The notes under the pieces were generated by a model, which saw only the letters and a program-made list of their open reading frames with translations, searched no databases and was not told the DNA's origin. This document shows, in pieces, positions 48,655 through 60,261 of a stretch of DNA of 64,000 bases (the first letter of the stretch is position 1; each line of letters starts with the position of its first letter). The position numbers and the translations under genes were made by a program. The stretch comes from Flavobacteriaceae bacterium (GTDB lineage: Bacteria > Bacteroidota > Bacteroidia > Flavobacteriales > Flavobacteriaceae), in assembly GCA_947379965.1 (NCBI GenBank), contig CANCPC010000003.1, positions 21,153 to 85,152 of the forward strand, in the 5' to 3' direction.

Positions 48655-51486
48655 ATGAAAAAGTATTTACTTATTTTGTCTTTGTTCTTTTGTAGCATAA
48701 CTTTTGCTCAAAGTACAATTTCAGGTTCAGTTACTGATAGTAACAACAAACCAATTCCTGGAGCTAACATTAAAGTAGTTGGAGACTCCTCGGGAACTGT
48801 AGCTGATGCAGACGGAAAATTCACTTTGAATTCAACTAAAAAAGCACCTTTTAAAATTGAGGTATCCAGTGTTGGGTTTGAATCTAAAAATTTAAATGTT
48901 TCATCAAACAACCAAAAAGTAAATATTAAACTAGGTAGTCAAGAAACCCAATTAAATGAAATAGTTGTATCTGCTTCTAGAACTCCGGAAAGAGTTTTAG
49001 AATCTCCAGTTACAATTGAAAGAATGGGAATTAAGGAAATTAAAAAAACGGCCTCTCCTAGTTATTATGACGGATTAGAAAATCTGAAAGAAGTTCAAAT
49101 GAATACCAGTAGTTTGACCTTTAAGTCTATAAATACTCGTGGTTTTGCAACTGTTGCAAATACACGTTTTATGCAATTAGTGGACGGAATGGATAATTCT
49201 TCACCACTGTTGAATTTTGTGTTAGGTAACATGATTGGTATTTCAGAAATTGATGTTCAAAGTGTTGAATTATTGCCTGGAGCATCTTCTGCTTTATATG
49301 GTGCCAATGCTTTTAATGGTATTATGTTTATGAACAGTAAAAGCCCATTTACTAATCAAGGAATTTCTACTTATCTTAAATACGGAGAAACATCTCAAAA
49401 AGCTGCAGGAACTAACGGTTTCTATGATTTTGGAATTAGAATGGCGCATGCTTTCAACGATCATTTTGCCTTAAAAGCTAATTTAACCTATATGAATGGT
49501 ACCGATTGGTTTGCTACAAATTATGATGATAAGACTCGTGGTGGAATAGATAGAAGCGATAAAAATTATGATGGTATAAATGTATATGGTGATGAAGTTT
49601 CTACAAATATAAAAGGAGTTGGTAAAGCATTAGCTGGATTGGGAATATTACCTTCTCCCGCTTTGGTAAACTTATTACCAAATTCTAATGTAAGTAGAAC
49701 AGGATATAACGAAGTTGATTTAACAGACAATAAAGCCAGTAATACTAAAATCGATTTTTCAGCTCATTTTAGACCATTAGGGAATGAAAAATTAGAAGTT
49801 ATTTTCCAAAGTAAATTTGGTTTTGGTAATGCTGTTTATCAAGGTGCCAACAGATATTATTTGAATAACTTTTTTATGCAACAGCATAAATTAGAAATAA
49901 AAGGAAAAAACTTTTTTCTAAGAGGATATACTACAACGGAAGATGGGGGAAAATCATATGATATGTTATTTACAGGAATAAATGTAGATAGACAATGGAA
50001 AGATGATAAAACTTGGTTTGGTCAATATGCAGGACAATATATAACTTCAACTTTAGGAGGAGCAACTCCCGAACAAGCTAATGCAGCAGCAAGAGTAGTT
50101 GCAGATACTGGCAGATTAATTCCTGGAACTCCAGGGTTTATTGCAGCTTTTAATAAGGTAATAGCAGATCCAAGTGTTTTGACAGGATCTAAATTGGTTG
50201 ATAATTCTAGAATTTATCACTCAGACATTAATTATAATTTTAAAGATATTGTAAAATTTGCCGAAATTCAAGTAGGTGGCTCGCTTAGAGAATATCAATT
50301 AAATTCGCATGGAAGAATTTATACCGATGGAAATGCACCTATTCATTATAATGAATATGGAATTTATACTCAAGTACAAAAGAAATTGATGGAGGATAGA
50401 TTAAAATTTACAGGGTCTATTCGTTATGATAAATCGAAAAATTTTGATGGAAGTTATTCGCCAAGAGTTTCATTAGTGTATTCAGGGGGCCAAAATAAAG
50501 AACATAATTTTAGAGCTTCTTTTCAAACAGGTTTCAGAAACCCAAGTACCCAAGATCAATACATTGGGTTTAATGTAGGAACAGCTGTTTTAATAGGTTC
50601 TGCACCAGATAATTTACCAAGATTTACAGAAACACTTCCTGTTTCGGTGGGTCAAGGACAGGCACTTGCCGGAGGAGCTTCTGTAGTTATGACTGGATTA
50701 AATGCCTATAATAACTCTTACACAGCATCATCTGTTGCCGCATTTAGTGCTTTAGCTGGAACTAGTCCAATTGCAGCTGCAGCATTATTAAGAAAGACAA
50801 ATATAAATTATGTTAAACCTGAAGAAGTAAAAGCATTTGAATTAGGGTATCGTTCACAAATTAGAAATGTTAGTGTTGACATTAACGCGTATTACAATAT
50901 TTATAACAGTTTTATTGGGAACTTGAATGTTGTTGCTCCATATTATGGTACAGCTAAAGATGCACCAAGTGCAATTGCCGGAGATGCAGGAACAAAATCA
51001 ATGTTAGCTCTTGTTAATTCGGATTATAGAGTGTATCAGTTGTATACCAATACTAATCTAGAGATTAAATCTCTAGGCCTTGGTGTAGGATTATCAAAAA
51101 GAATATTCGGAAATTATGAATTTGGTGTAAGCTATAATTATGCTCAATTTAATTTTGACCAGGCAGCTGACCCTAGTTTTGAAGCCGGTTTCAATACACC
51201 AAAACACAGAGTAAAAGCCACAGTTGGAAACGACAAATTATTCCCAAATTTTGGTTTTAGTGTTAGTTCAAGATGGAATAGTGAATATTTATGGCAATCT
51301 ACCATGGTTGACGGAATGATTTCATCTGCAACTGTAGTTGATGCACAAATTAATTATGGTCTTCCAAAACTAAAATCATTAATTAAAATTGGAGCAGCAA
51401 ACATAGGAAGTAAAGAATATACTCAAGTATTAGGAGCTGGTTCAATTGGGCATCAGTATTTTGTTTCATGGACAATTAAACCTTGA
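48655..51486 (+). CDS. TonB-dependent receptor with N-terminal carboxypeptidase-regulatory-like domain
   Basis: ISGSVTD..PIPGANI; EIVVSASR TonB box; plug VELLPGASSALYGANAFNG; barrel KPEEV..FELGY. Confidence 0.93.
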   Translation: MKKYLLILSLFFCSITFAQSTISGSVTDSNNKPIPGANIKVVGDSSGTVADADGKFTLNSTKKAPFKIEVSSVGFESKNLNVSSNNQKVNIKLGSQETQLNEIVVSASRTPERVLESPVTIERMGIKEIKKTASPSYYDGLENLKEVQMNTSSLTFKSINTRGFATVANTRFMQLVDGMDNSSPLLNFVLGNMIGISEIDVQSVELLPGASSALYGANAFNGIMFMNSKSPFTNQGISTYLKYGETSQKAAGTNGFYDFGIRMAHAFNDHFALKANLTYMNGTDWFATNYDDKTRGGIDRSDKNYDGINVYGDEVSTNIKGVGKALAGLGILPSPALVNLLPNSNVSRTGYNEVDLTDNKASNTKIDFSAHFRPLGNEKLEVIFQSKFGFGNAVYQGANRYYLNNFFMQQHKLEIKGKNFFLRGYTTTEDGGKSYDMLFTGINVDRQWKDDKTWFGQYAGQYITSTLGGATPEQANAAARVVADTGRLIPGTPGFIAAFNKVIADPSVLTGSKLVDNSRIYHSDINYNFKDIVKFAEIQVGGSLREYQLNSHGRIYTDGNAPIHYNEYGIYTQVQKKLMEDRLKFTGSIRYDKSKNFDGSYSPRVSLVYSGGQNKEHNFRASFQTGFRNPSTQDQYIGFNVGTAVLIGSAPDNLPRFTETLPVSVGQGQALAGGASVVMTGLNAYNNSYTASSVAAFSALAGTSPIAAAALLRKTNINYVKPEEVKAFELGYRSQIRNVSVDINAYYNIYNSFIGNLNVVAPYYGTAKDAPSAIAGDAGTKSMLALVNSDYRVYQLYTNTNLEIKSLGLGVGLSKRIFGNYEFGVSYNYAQFNFDQAADPSFEAGFNTPKHRVKATVGNDKLFPNFGFSVSSRWNSEYLWQSTMVDGMISSATVVDAQINYGLPKLKSLIKIGAANIGSKEYTQVLGAGSIGHQYFVSWTIKP

Positions 51487-51518
51487 TTTTAGTCAATAAA
51501 TTTAAAAAATATATAAAG

Positions 51519-53081
51519 ATGATAAAAAATTTCAAATGGCTACTTTTGGTTTCTTTAACCTTTGTAGCATGTACAAATAATGACAATTCAACTCCTGAAG
51601 CAATTCCTGTTTCAGCAGGTGAAGCAACATTTACTAACTATGTTGCATTAGGAGATTCATTTGCAGCAGGATATAGCGATGGCGCACTTTTTGCAAAAGG
51701 GCAACAAGGTTCATATGTCAATATACTTTCTCAACAATTTGCATTAGCAGGTGGAGGAGTATTTAAAACTCCCTATACTTCGGATAATTTAGGAGGCCTT
51801 TTATTAGGAGGAAATGTTATTGCTGGAACGAGATTGTATTTTAACGGAAGTGGTCCAGTTGCAGTAAATGGAACTCCAACAACTGAAGTTACTAATCATA
51901 TTGTGGGTCCTTTTAATAATTTAGGGGTTCCGGGTGCAAAAAGCTACCATTTAGTTGCTCCTGGTTATGGGAACGTTGCAGGTGTTGCCACCGGTGCAGC
52001 GAATCCTTATTTTGCTAGATTTGCAACTTCGTCTACAACAACAGTTCTTGCAGATGCTTTGGCACAAAACCCTACCTTTTTTTCACTTTGGATAGGGGGT
52101 AATGACGTTTTAGGGTATGCTACTTCAGGAGGTGTTGGTGTAAATCAAACCGGAAACAATAATCCAGCATCTTATGCATCAAATGACATAACTGACCCAG
52201 GAGTTTTTGCCTATGTATACAATTCTCTTATAACAAATTTAACTGCAAAAGGAGCCAAAGGAGTAGTTGCAAATTTACCTTATGTAAGCACTCTTCCTTA
52301 TTTTACTGCTGTACCATACAATCCGCTTAGCGTTTCAATTTTAGGAAGTGGAAATGCTGCAGTTGGTCAAGCTACCATATCTGCTTTGAATACACAGTTA
52401 TATGGACCATTGCGTTCTGCTTTGACTTATTTAGGAGCTGGCACTAGAATTAATTTGCTTTCTACAACAGAATCAAATCCCGTTTTAATTAAGGATGAAT
52501 CGTTGACCAATTTATCAGCACAATTAACCGCTGTACTTACTCCTTCAATTGGTGCACAAACAGCGGCTTTTTATGGAGCAATTTATGGGCAAGCACGTCA
52601 AGCAACAGCAGCTGATTTAATTTTATTACCTACTCAATCTGTTATTGGATCAGCGCCTACTGCTGGTAATTCAGGGTTAGGAATAGCTCCCCCATCTCCT
52701 TTAAACAAATTTGGAATTACCTTTCCTTTGCAAGATTCTCATGTATTGATACCGTCAGAAATTGCAGAAATTAAAGTAGCCACGGATGCCTATAATGTTT
52801 CAATAAAATCAATTGCAGACTCTAAAGGTTTGGCATTTGTAGATGCAAAAGCAATTATGGATCAATTGTCAACTAGCGGAATTGTAAGTAATGATTTTAC
52901 GTTAACTTCAGCATATGTTACAGGTGGTTCGTTTTCTCTTGACGGCGTTCACCCTAGTCCAAGAGGATATGCTTTGATAGCAAATGCTTTTAGTACCGCT
53001 ATAAACAAAACGTATAAGTCTACATTTCCAATGGTAAATCTGGGATTATACTCAATTTTATATCCCTACTCAATTCAATAA
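51519..53081 (+). CDS. SGNH/GDSL lipolytic lipoprotein
   Basis: Lipobox FVAC; LGDSF, NLGVPGA, IGGND, DGVHP blocks. Confidence 0.9.
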   Translation: MIKNFKWLLLVSLTFVACTNNDNSTPEAIPVSAGEATFTNYVALGDSFAAGYSDGALFAKGQQGSYVNILSQQFALAGGGVFKTPYTSDNLGGLLLGGNVIAGTRLYFNGSGPVAVNGTPTTEVTNHIVGPFNNLGVPGAKSYHLVAPGYGNVAGVATGAANPYFARFATSSTTTVLADALAQNPTFFSLWIGGNDVLGYATSGGVGVNQTGNNNPASYASNDITDPGVFAYVYNSLITNLTAKGAKGVVANLPYVSTLPYFTAVPYNPLSVSILGSGNAAVGQATISALNTQLYGPLRSALTYLGAGTRINLLSTTESNPVLIKDESLTNLSAQLTAVLTPSIGAQTAAFYGAIYGQARQATAADLILLPTQSVIGSAPTAGNSGLGIAPPSPLNKFGITFPLQDSHVLIPSEIAEIKVATDAYNVSIKSIADSKGLAFVDAKAIMDQLSTSGIVSNDFTLTSAYVTGGSFSLDGVHPSPRGYALIANAFSTAINKTYKSTFPMVNLGLYSILYPYSIQ

Positions 53082-53098
53082 AAGTAATAAACAACTAC

Positions 53099-53129
53099 AA
53101 AAAACCATCACATTCCGTGATGGTTTTTT
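53099..53129 (+). terminator. Intrinsic terminator
   Basis: aaaaccatcac...gtgatggtttt. Confidence 0.85.
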
Positions 53130-53319
53130 CATTTTAAATTACTTTTTTTAGTTTTTCTCTTGTTTGAAAACCATTCATCAATTTTAAGTTAATTATTTAA
53201 AAAAAAGTGTTGATTTTTATATTTTAAAAATTTACCTTTGCGCACTGAAAACACATTCGATCATTTAATACGGTTGAATGTTATTCATAAACCAGAATAG
53301 CTATTTAATAAATACATAA

Positions 53320-54834
<1,515 letters not shown>

Positions 54835-54840
54835 AAATAT

Positions 54841-54921
54841 AATTATGAATTGTGAATTATGATTTATGGGTTGAGCATTGCTTCCTTAATTTATAATTCA
54901 TAATTTATAATTCATAACTCA
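54841..54921. repeat. Inverted heptamer arrays between atpD and atpC
   Basis: 4 x ~AATTATG, an 18-nt spacer, then 5 x ~TAATTCA. Confidence 0.85.
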
Positions 54922-54927
54922 AAAAGT

Positions 54928-55209
54928 ATGATTTTAGAAATAGTATCACCAGAAGCAAAATTATTTTCAGGGGAAATTACCTCTGTATCTCTTCCGGGAG
55001 TTGACGGTCATTTTCAAATATTGAATAATCACGCACCGATAGTTTCAATCCTTCAAAAAGGGAATGTAAAAATTACAGCAACAAGTTTTAATTTTAGCAA
55101 AGAATCTGAAGGTCTATTCTCGAAAGTAAACGATCAGAATTATACAATTGCTATTAATTCTGGAACTATCGAAATGAAAGATAATAAAGTAATTGTTTTA
55201 GCCGACTAA
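54928..55209 (+). CDS. atpC: F1 ATP synthase subunit epsilon (short form)
   Basis: LEIVSPE, LPGVDGHFQILNNHAP; follows atpD; lacks C-terminal helices. Confidence 0.95.
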   Translation: MILEIVSPEAKLFSGEITSVSLPGVDGHFQILNNHAPIVSILQKGNVKITATSFNFSKESEGLFSKVNDQNYTIAINSGTIEMKDNKVIVLAD

Positions 55210-55229
55210 ATCAATTCAAAATACAAACT

Positions 55230-55260
55230 AAAAGTCATACAGCAATGTGTGACTTTTTTT
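55230..55260. terminator. Terminator between atpC and the MocR gene
   Basis: aaaagtcatac...gtgtgacttttt. Confidence 0.8.
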
Positions 55261-55263
55261 ATT

Positions 55264-56754
55264 TTAGAGACAATCATAAGCCAGTTTCAATTTTTTTACA
55301 ACAGTTTCAATTTCTTCTTCATTTAAATTGCCAAAACCTAATCGAATTGCACAAGTATATTTGTCTTGATAAAGAATCGTTTTAGGTACAAACAAATCGT
55401 TTCTTATTGAATGTCCTGCGAGTTGAACTAAGGAAATTTTGGTTTTGAATTCTAGCCAAATTGCCAAACCTCCCGTTGGTTTTTTGAAACGGATTGTATC
55501 TTTAAAGTTTTCTTCCAAACATTGGCATAAAAAATCGCGTCTTTGCTTATACACGAGTATATTTTTTTTGAGTAATCGATGAATTTCGCCTTCATAAATC
55601 AATTCGGAAAGCATTTGTTCTTGAATTAAATCACCTTGTCGGTCTAACATTTGCAGATAGTTTTTGGCTTCAGCGATTAAATTTTCAGGAGCTACAACAA
55701 ATCCGGTCTGAAAACTTGGGAATAAAGATTGTCCAAGTTTCCCTAAATAAATTACCATTCCATCAGTATCCGAACTTTCCAAAGGTAACATAGCCCTGCC
55801 ATCAAACTGAAAATCATAATCATAATCATCTTCTATAATAGCAAATTGGTATTCTTTTGCAAGCGCTAATAGTTTTAGCCGACGTTCAGCTGATAAAGTA
55901 ATAGTAGTGGGGAAATCACGATTAGCACTAAGATATACACAACGAATCGCTCCTTTTACAAAGTGAGTTTTAATAAAATCCACATTTAATCCTTGATCAT
56001 CTAATGGTATTTTTTTGATACTTGCACCTGATTGTTGAAATATCATGTTGGATGCATAATTACTCAAATTTCCAACCAAAACGACATCGTTTCGGCTAAT
56101 CATAAGTTGTGATATCAGGTACAAACCCATTTCATTGCTCCTTGTACTAATTACGTTTTTGGGCTTAATATGAAGTCCCCTCGTAGCATTCAAATAATTG
56201 CACAATTGGTTTTCAAAAATAGAATGCGTAGCTTTTTTGTTTGGATTCCATTTTGAGATTAATGATTTACGCTTCATAGAAGTTACATACCATTTCGTAA
56301 ATTCATGAGTAGGATGTAGTCTTAAATCGGGTTGACCATCATTTAGTTCGTATTTTGCTTCCGAAAATTCTTGTGTTGATAATAAATGAAAGGAGGTTTG
56401 AAAGGGGAATCCAGTTGTTTCTGCAAAATTATAGGCATCACCTATTTGGTTCGAACCCGCTTTTATTGTTGCTGTTTTCTGTTCTGGAACTAGTATAAAT
56501 GTGCCTTTGTTTGCAATTATTTCAACCCAACCTTGCGAAGCTAATTCATCATAAACTGCCACCGCTGTGTTTCGGTGAATAGCAAATATTTTACTAAAGA
56601 CTCTGGTTCCGGGTAATAAAGTTCCAACGGTCAAATAATCGCGCTGAATAGCATTAATTATTTGTTGGGAAATTTGAATATATATAGGGCTAGCACTTGA
56701 TTTATCAAAGTGAATCAGCTTTTTTAATACTGCATTTGCCGGACTATCTATCAT
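55264..56754 (-). CDS. MocR/GabR-family regulator (GntR HTH + aminotransferase-like domain)
   Basis: PIYIQI...LPGTR...HRNT...YDEL..QGW..KGTF HTH; IIEDDYDYDF. Confidence 0.93.
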   Translation of the reverse strand: MIDSPANAVLKKLIHFDKSSASPIYIQISQQIINAIQRDYLTVGTLLPGTRVFSKIFAIHRNTAVAVYDELASQGWVEIIANKGTFILVPEQKTATIKAGSNQIGDAYNFAETTGFPFQTSFHLLSTQEFSEAKYELNDGQPDLRLHPTHEFTKWYVTSMKRKSLISKWNPNKKATHSIFENQLCNYLNATRGLHIKPKNVISTRSNEMGLYLISQLMISRNDVVLVGNLSNYASNMIFQQSGASIKKIPLDDQGLNVDFIKTHFVKGAIRCVYLSANRDFPTTITLSAERRLKLLALAKEYQFAIIEDDYDYDFQFDGRAMLPLESSDTDGMVIYLGKLGQSLFPSFQTGFVVAPENLIAEAKNYLQMLDRQGDLIQEQMLSELIYEGEIHRLLKKNILVYKQRRDFLCQCLEENFKDTIRFKKPTGGLAIWLEFKTKISLVQLAGHSIRNDLFVPKTILYQDKYTCAIRLGFGNLNEEEIETVVKKLKLAYDCL

Positions 56755-56799
56755 TTTAAAACTGGACTATTTTAATAGTCCGGAAAGTTAGTATTTTTG
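56740..56799. promoter_or_regulatory. Putative MocR operator and -7 box of the TonB receptor gene
   Basis: GGACTAT at 56741 and 56764, inverted ATAGTCC at 56775-56781, TATTTTTG at 56792-56799. Confidence 0.75.
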
Positions 56800-56830
56800 C
56801 AGCGTTTTAAAATTATCAAATACATATAAA

Positions 56831-58651
56831 ATGAAAAATAATTATTTATTAGGTTTCTTATTAATCTTTTCAGTACTTGTTAACGCACAAGGCAATAAAA
56901 AAATGACTGATACGCTTCAGGAAGTCATTGTCAAATCCTCTCGAATTGATTTGCCATTTAAACAAAATTCTAGAACGATTCAGTTGATTACTGCCGATGA
57001 TTTAAAAAAATCTGGAGTGTCAAATGTTGCCGATGCTTTACAGCAAATTGCAGGAATCGACATCAGACGTCGTGGAACTAGCGGAATGCAAGCCGATTTA
57101 TACATTCGTGGAGGAAGTTTCGATCAAACATTGCTACTCATTGATGGCATTAAAGTGGATGATGCTCAAACCGGACATCATACACTGAACTTGGCATTGC
57201 CAATTGAAGTTATCAAGCGAATCGAAATTATAAAAGGCCCAGCAGCTCGTGTATTTGGTCAAAATGCTTTTACAGGTGCAGTTAATATTATTACAAAAGA
57301 TACCCTTGAAAACAGTGTTTCTTTAAATCTAAAAGCAGGTTCTTTTGGTCAAGTTAGTGCGGCAGTTACTGCAGGAGTCAATTTGGATGATAGCAGCCAT
57401 ATTATCCATTTTTCAAAAAATGCTTCGAATGGGTACCGTTATAATACCGATTTCGACAATACTAATTTTGTATTGAAAAGCACTTTCGATAAAAAAGAAT
57501 TACCAATTGAAATGTTGGTTTCCCTTTCGGAAAGAAACTTTGGAGCCAATGGTTTTTATGCTACGCCAGCAGCAATTAATCAGTATGAGAAAACAAAAGC
57601 GAGTTTAATTGGTTTTTCTACCACAATCAAAAAAGGAAACGTTACTTGGAAACCAAAAGTGTATTGGAGACATAACGAAGATGAATATATCTACGTTAGA
57701 AGCAATCCGTCTTTATACAGAAACTTGCATATTACAAATAAATTTGCAGCCGAATTAAATGGTTCTTATTCTTCAAATCTAGGTATTACAGGTTTTGGAA
57801 TAGAAACATCGAAAGTGCTAATTACTAGTAATAATCTTGGTGCCAATAATCGTTTTTTAAGTACTTTGTTTTTAGAGCACCGTTTCAATTTGCTTGATAA
57901 TAAGTTAGACATTACTCCAGGAGTGGCAGTGACTTATTTCTCTGATTTTAAATCTTATGCTTTCCCTGGAATAGACATTGGTTATCAATTGCTTGACAAT
58001 TTTAGAGTTTATGGGAATGTGGGAAATACGTATCGAGTTCCAACCTATACCGATATGTTTTATAAATCAGCAACAACAATAGGAAATTCAAATTTAGAAC
58101 CTGAAAAAGCTTTTGCGCAAGAATTGGGTTTAAAATGGAATCTTTCCAATTTTGATATATCCGTTGCGGCATTCAATCGTAATTCGAATCATTTGATTGA
58201 TTATGTAAAAACACTAAGTACAGATTTGTGGCAAGCTCAAAATATTCAAGATGTTACTACCAAAGGTTTCGAAACACAACTGCTATATAAGTTTACCGTT
58301 AATTCCTATAACCAGAAATTACAAATTGGATATAACTTCATGAAAGATGATGTAAAACATAGTATTTATAATTTCTCACAATATGCTTTAAACTCCATGA
58401 AACATCAGTTTGTTGGAAGCTATACAATGCAATTTTGTAGTAACTTCAATAACACGATTTCCTATAGATATGCCGAAAGAACTAACGGAGGATCGTATTC
58501 GGTTGTAGATCTTGGTGCTTCGTATTCTTTGAAAGCGTTTGAAATTTCTTTGTTTGCAAATAATATTTTCAACACAGTGTATACCGAAACGAATTTGGTT
58601 CCCATGCCAAAAGGGAATTTGATGTTTGGTTTACGCTATAATTTTAGATAG
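56831..58651 (+). CDS. Small TonB-dependent receptor (cofactor-receptor size class)
   Basis: DTLQEVIV TonB box; IRGG..QTLLLIDG; IEIIKGP...GAVNIIT; NLEPE; C-terminal LRYNF. Confidence 0.93.
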   Translation: MKNNYLLGFLLIFSVLVNAQGNKKMTDTLQEVIVKSSRIDLPFKQNSRTIQLITADDLKKSGVSNVADALQQIAGIDIRRRGTSGMQADLYIRGGSFDQTLLLIDGIKVDDAQTGHHTLNLALPIEVIKRIEIIKGPAARVFGQNAFTGAVNIITKDTLENSVSLNLKAGSFGQVSAAVTAGVNLDDSSHIIHFSKNASNGYRYNTDFDNTNFVLKSTFDKKELPIEMLVSLSERNFGANGFYATPAAINQYEKTKASLIGFSTTIKKGNVTWKPKVYWRHNEDEYIYVRSNPSLYRNLHITNKFAAELNGSYSSNLGITGFGIETSKVLITSNNLGANNRFLSTLFLEHRFNLLDNKLDITPGVAVTYFSDFKSYAFPGIDIGYQLLDNFRVYGNVGNTYRVPTYTDMFYKSATTIGNSNLEPEKAFAQELGLKWNLSNFDISVAAFNRNSNHLIDYVKTLSTDLWQAQNIQDVTTKGFETQLLYKFTVNSYNQKLQIGYNFMKDDVKHSIYNFSQYALNSMKHQFVGSYTMQFCSNFNNTISYRYAERTNGGSYSVVDLGASYSLKAFEISLFANNIFNTVYTETNLVPMPKGNLMFGLRYNFR

Positions 58652-58671
58652 AAAATTTGAATCTAAATGGT

Positions 58672-58701
58672 AAAGTCCCGCGTTTTTGCGGGACTTTTTT
58701 T
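58672..58701 (+). terminator. Intrinsic terminator after the TonB receptor gene
   Basis: aaagtcccgc...gcgggacttt plus T tract. Confidence 0.85.
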
Positions 58702-58714
58702 ATACTTTCGTTTT

Positions 58715-59767
58715 ATGGAATATTTTTCTAAAGATTTAATCGATTTTGCATCGAATGACTATCTTGGGTTTTCGAAGAACAACGTGTTTTTAGACACAAC
58801 AAACCTAGATCTAGTTTGTGCTATTAGTATTGATAACGGTGAAATAGAATTAGAAAACCATATTGCCAATTTCCATCAAGTGGAAAGCGCTTCGATTTTT
58901 AATTCGGTTTATGAGGCCACTCTTTGTTTTTTTGATTCCATTCCTCAAAAAGAGGATTTGATTTTTTATGATGAATTGTGTCACGCTTCTATCTGTAGTG
59001 CCATTCAAGTTTCTAACGCTTTTTCATGTCAATTTCAACACAACGATTTCGAAGATTTAGAAAGATTAATCGAAAACTCAAGACTTAAAACCCAATACCC
59101 AAAACCCATTTTCATTGTCACCGAAAGTGTTTTTTCTATGGATGGTGATATGCCTAATCTTGAAGAATTGGCACAACTTTCAGAAAAATACAATTGCCTT
59201 TTGGTAATTGATGAATCCCAATCGGTTGGTGTTTTTGGAGAAAACGGACAAGGTTTAGTTCAAAATTTGCAGTTGCAGAATAATGTTTTTGCTAGAATAA
59301 TTTCTTTTGGTAACGCTTTGAGTTGCTCAGGAAGTGCTATTATTGGTTCCAAAAATCTAAAAAAAAAGTTAGATAATTTTGATTCTAGGTCAATCAATAA
59401 AATAAAGCTTTCGCCAAAGGCTATTGCCAATATTGTAGCAGCTTACAAGCATTTAGAATCTGAAAAACAAACAATCGAACAACTTCGTGAAAACTTGGTT
59501 TACTTTAATCAAGAAATAAATTTATTAGGTTTAAAACCTATGTTTGTTCGAAGTAAATCAGCCATTCATTCGGCTATTATAAACCGAAACTACAATGTTA
59601 AATTTTTAGCTGAGCAATTTCACAAAAAGGGGTTTATTGTAAAAACCATACTTTCGCCTGATGTTCCTGAAGGTCAAGAAAGGTTGCAATTCTGCTTGCA
59701 TAGTTTTAATACAAAAGAAGAAATCTCTATTTTATTGGGTTTGTTATGTAAGTTGGTTTTTGGGTGA
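58715..59767 (+). CDS. bioF: BioF (8-amino-7-oxononanoate synthase)-like protein with degenerate active site
   Basis: Retains DFASNDYLG, DELCHASI, HND, ESVFSMDGD; has DESQS, SFGNA, RLQF in place of DEAH, (T/S)xGK, RLR. Confidence 0.75.
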   Translation: MEYFSKDLIDFASNDYLGFSKNNVFLDTTNLDLVCAISIDNGEIELENHIANFHQVESASIFNSVYEATLCFFDSIPQKEDLIFYDELCHASICSAIQVSNAFSCQFQHNDFEDLERLIENSRLKTQYPKPIFIVTESVFSMDGDMPNLEELAQLSEKYNCLLVIDESQSVGVFGENGQGLVQNLQLQNNVFARIISFGNALSCSGSAIIGSKNLKKKLDNFDSRSINKIKLSPKAIANIVAAYKHLESEKQTIEQLRENLVYFNQEINLLGLKPMFVRSKSAIHSAIINRNYNVKFLAEQFHKKGFIVKTILSPDVPEGQERLQFCLHSFNTKEEISILLGLLCKLVFG

Positions 59768-59793
59768 AAATTTATTTATTTTACCTCTACTTA

Positions 59794-60261
59794 TCATCGT
59801 TCTAATTCCTTTGATTTTTCAAAGACTAAGTTGCTTTCAAAACCGCGTCGAAGCATATAATCACAAAATTTTTTCTTTTTTTTCTGCGTGTCTGATTCCC
59901 GGATGTTTTCCCAATGCCTTTCGGACAAAGAATGAAATGTTGCAGCATATTCTTCGGGTGAAATTTCTTTTAGGGCTTTATTGATAAGAGTTTGGGATAT
60001 TTTTTTGAATTTTAATTCGTTAATTATTCTAATATTTCCCCAATGTTTGATGCGGTGTTTTCCTCTGGCAAAACTGCAGGCAAAGCGCTCTTCATTCAAA
60101 AAATTGGAGTCAATTAGATGCACCATAATTTCGTCTATTTCGTCCGAATCCATTTTCATACTGCGTAATTTTTTTTCCACTTCTTCGTGGCAACGTTCTT
60201 GATAGGAACAGAAAAACTCTATCTTTTGTATGGCTTCTTTTACGGAAAAAACGTCTTTCAT
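59794..60261 (-). CDS. recX: Regulatory protein RecX
   Basis: CSYQERCHEEV..KL, FLNEERFA, WGNIRI..ELK, RRGF. Confidence 0.93.
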   Translation of the reverse strand: MKDVFSVKEAIQKIEFFCSYQERCHEEVEKKLRSMKMDSDEIDEIMVHLIDSNFLNEERFACSFARGKHRIKHWGNIRIINELKFKKISQTLINKALKEISPEEYAATFHSLSERHWENIRESDTQKKKKKFCDYMLRRGFESNLVFEKSKELER

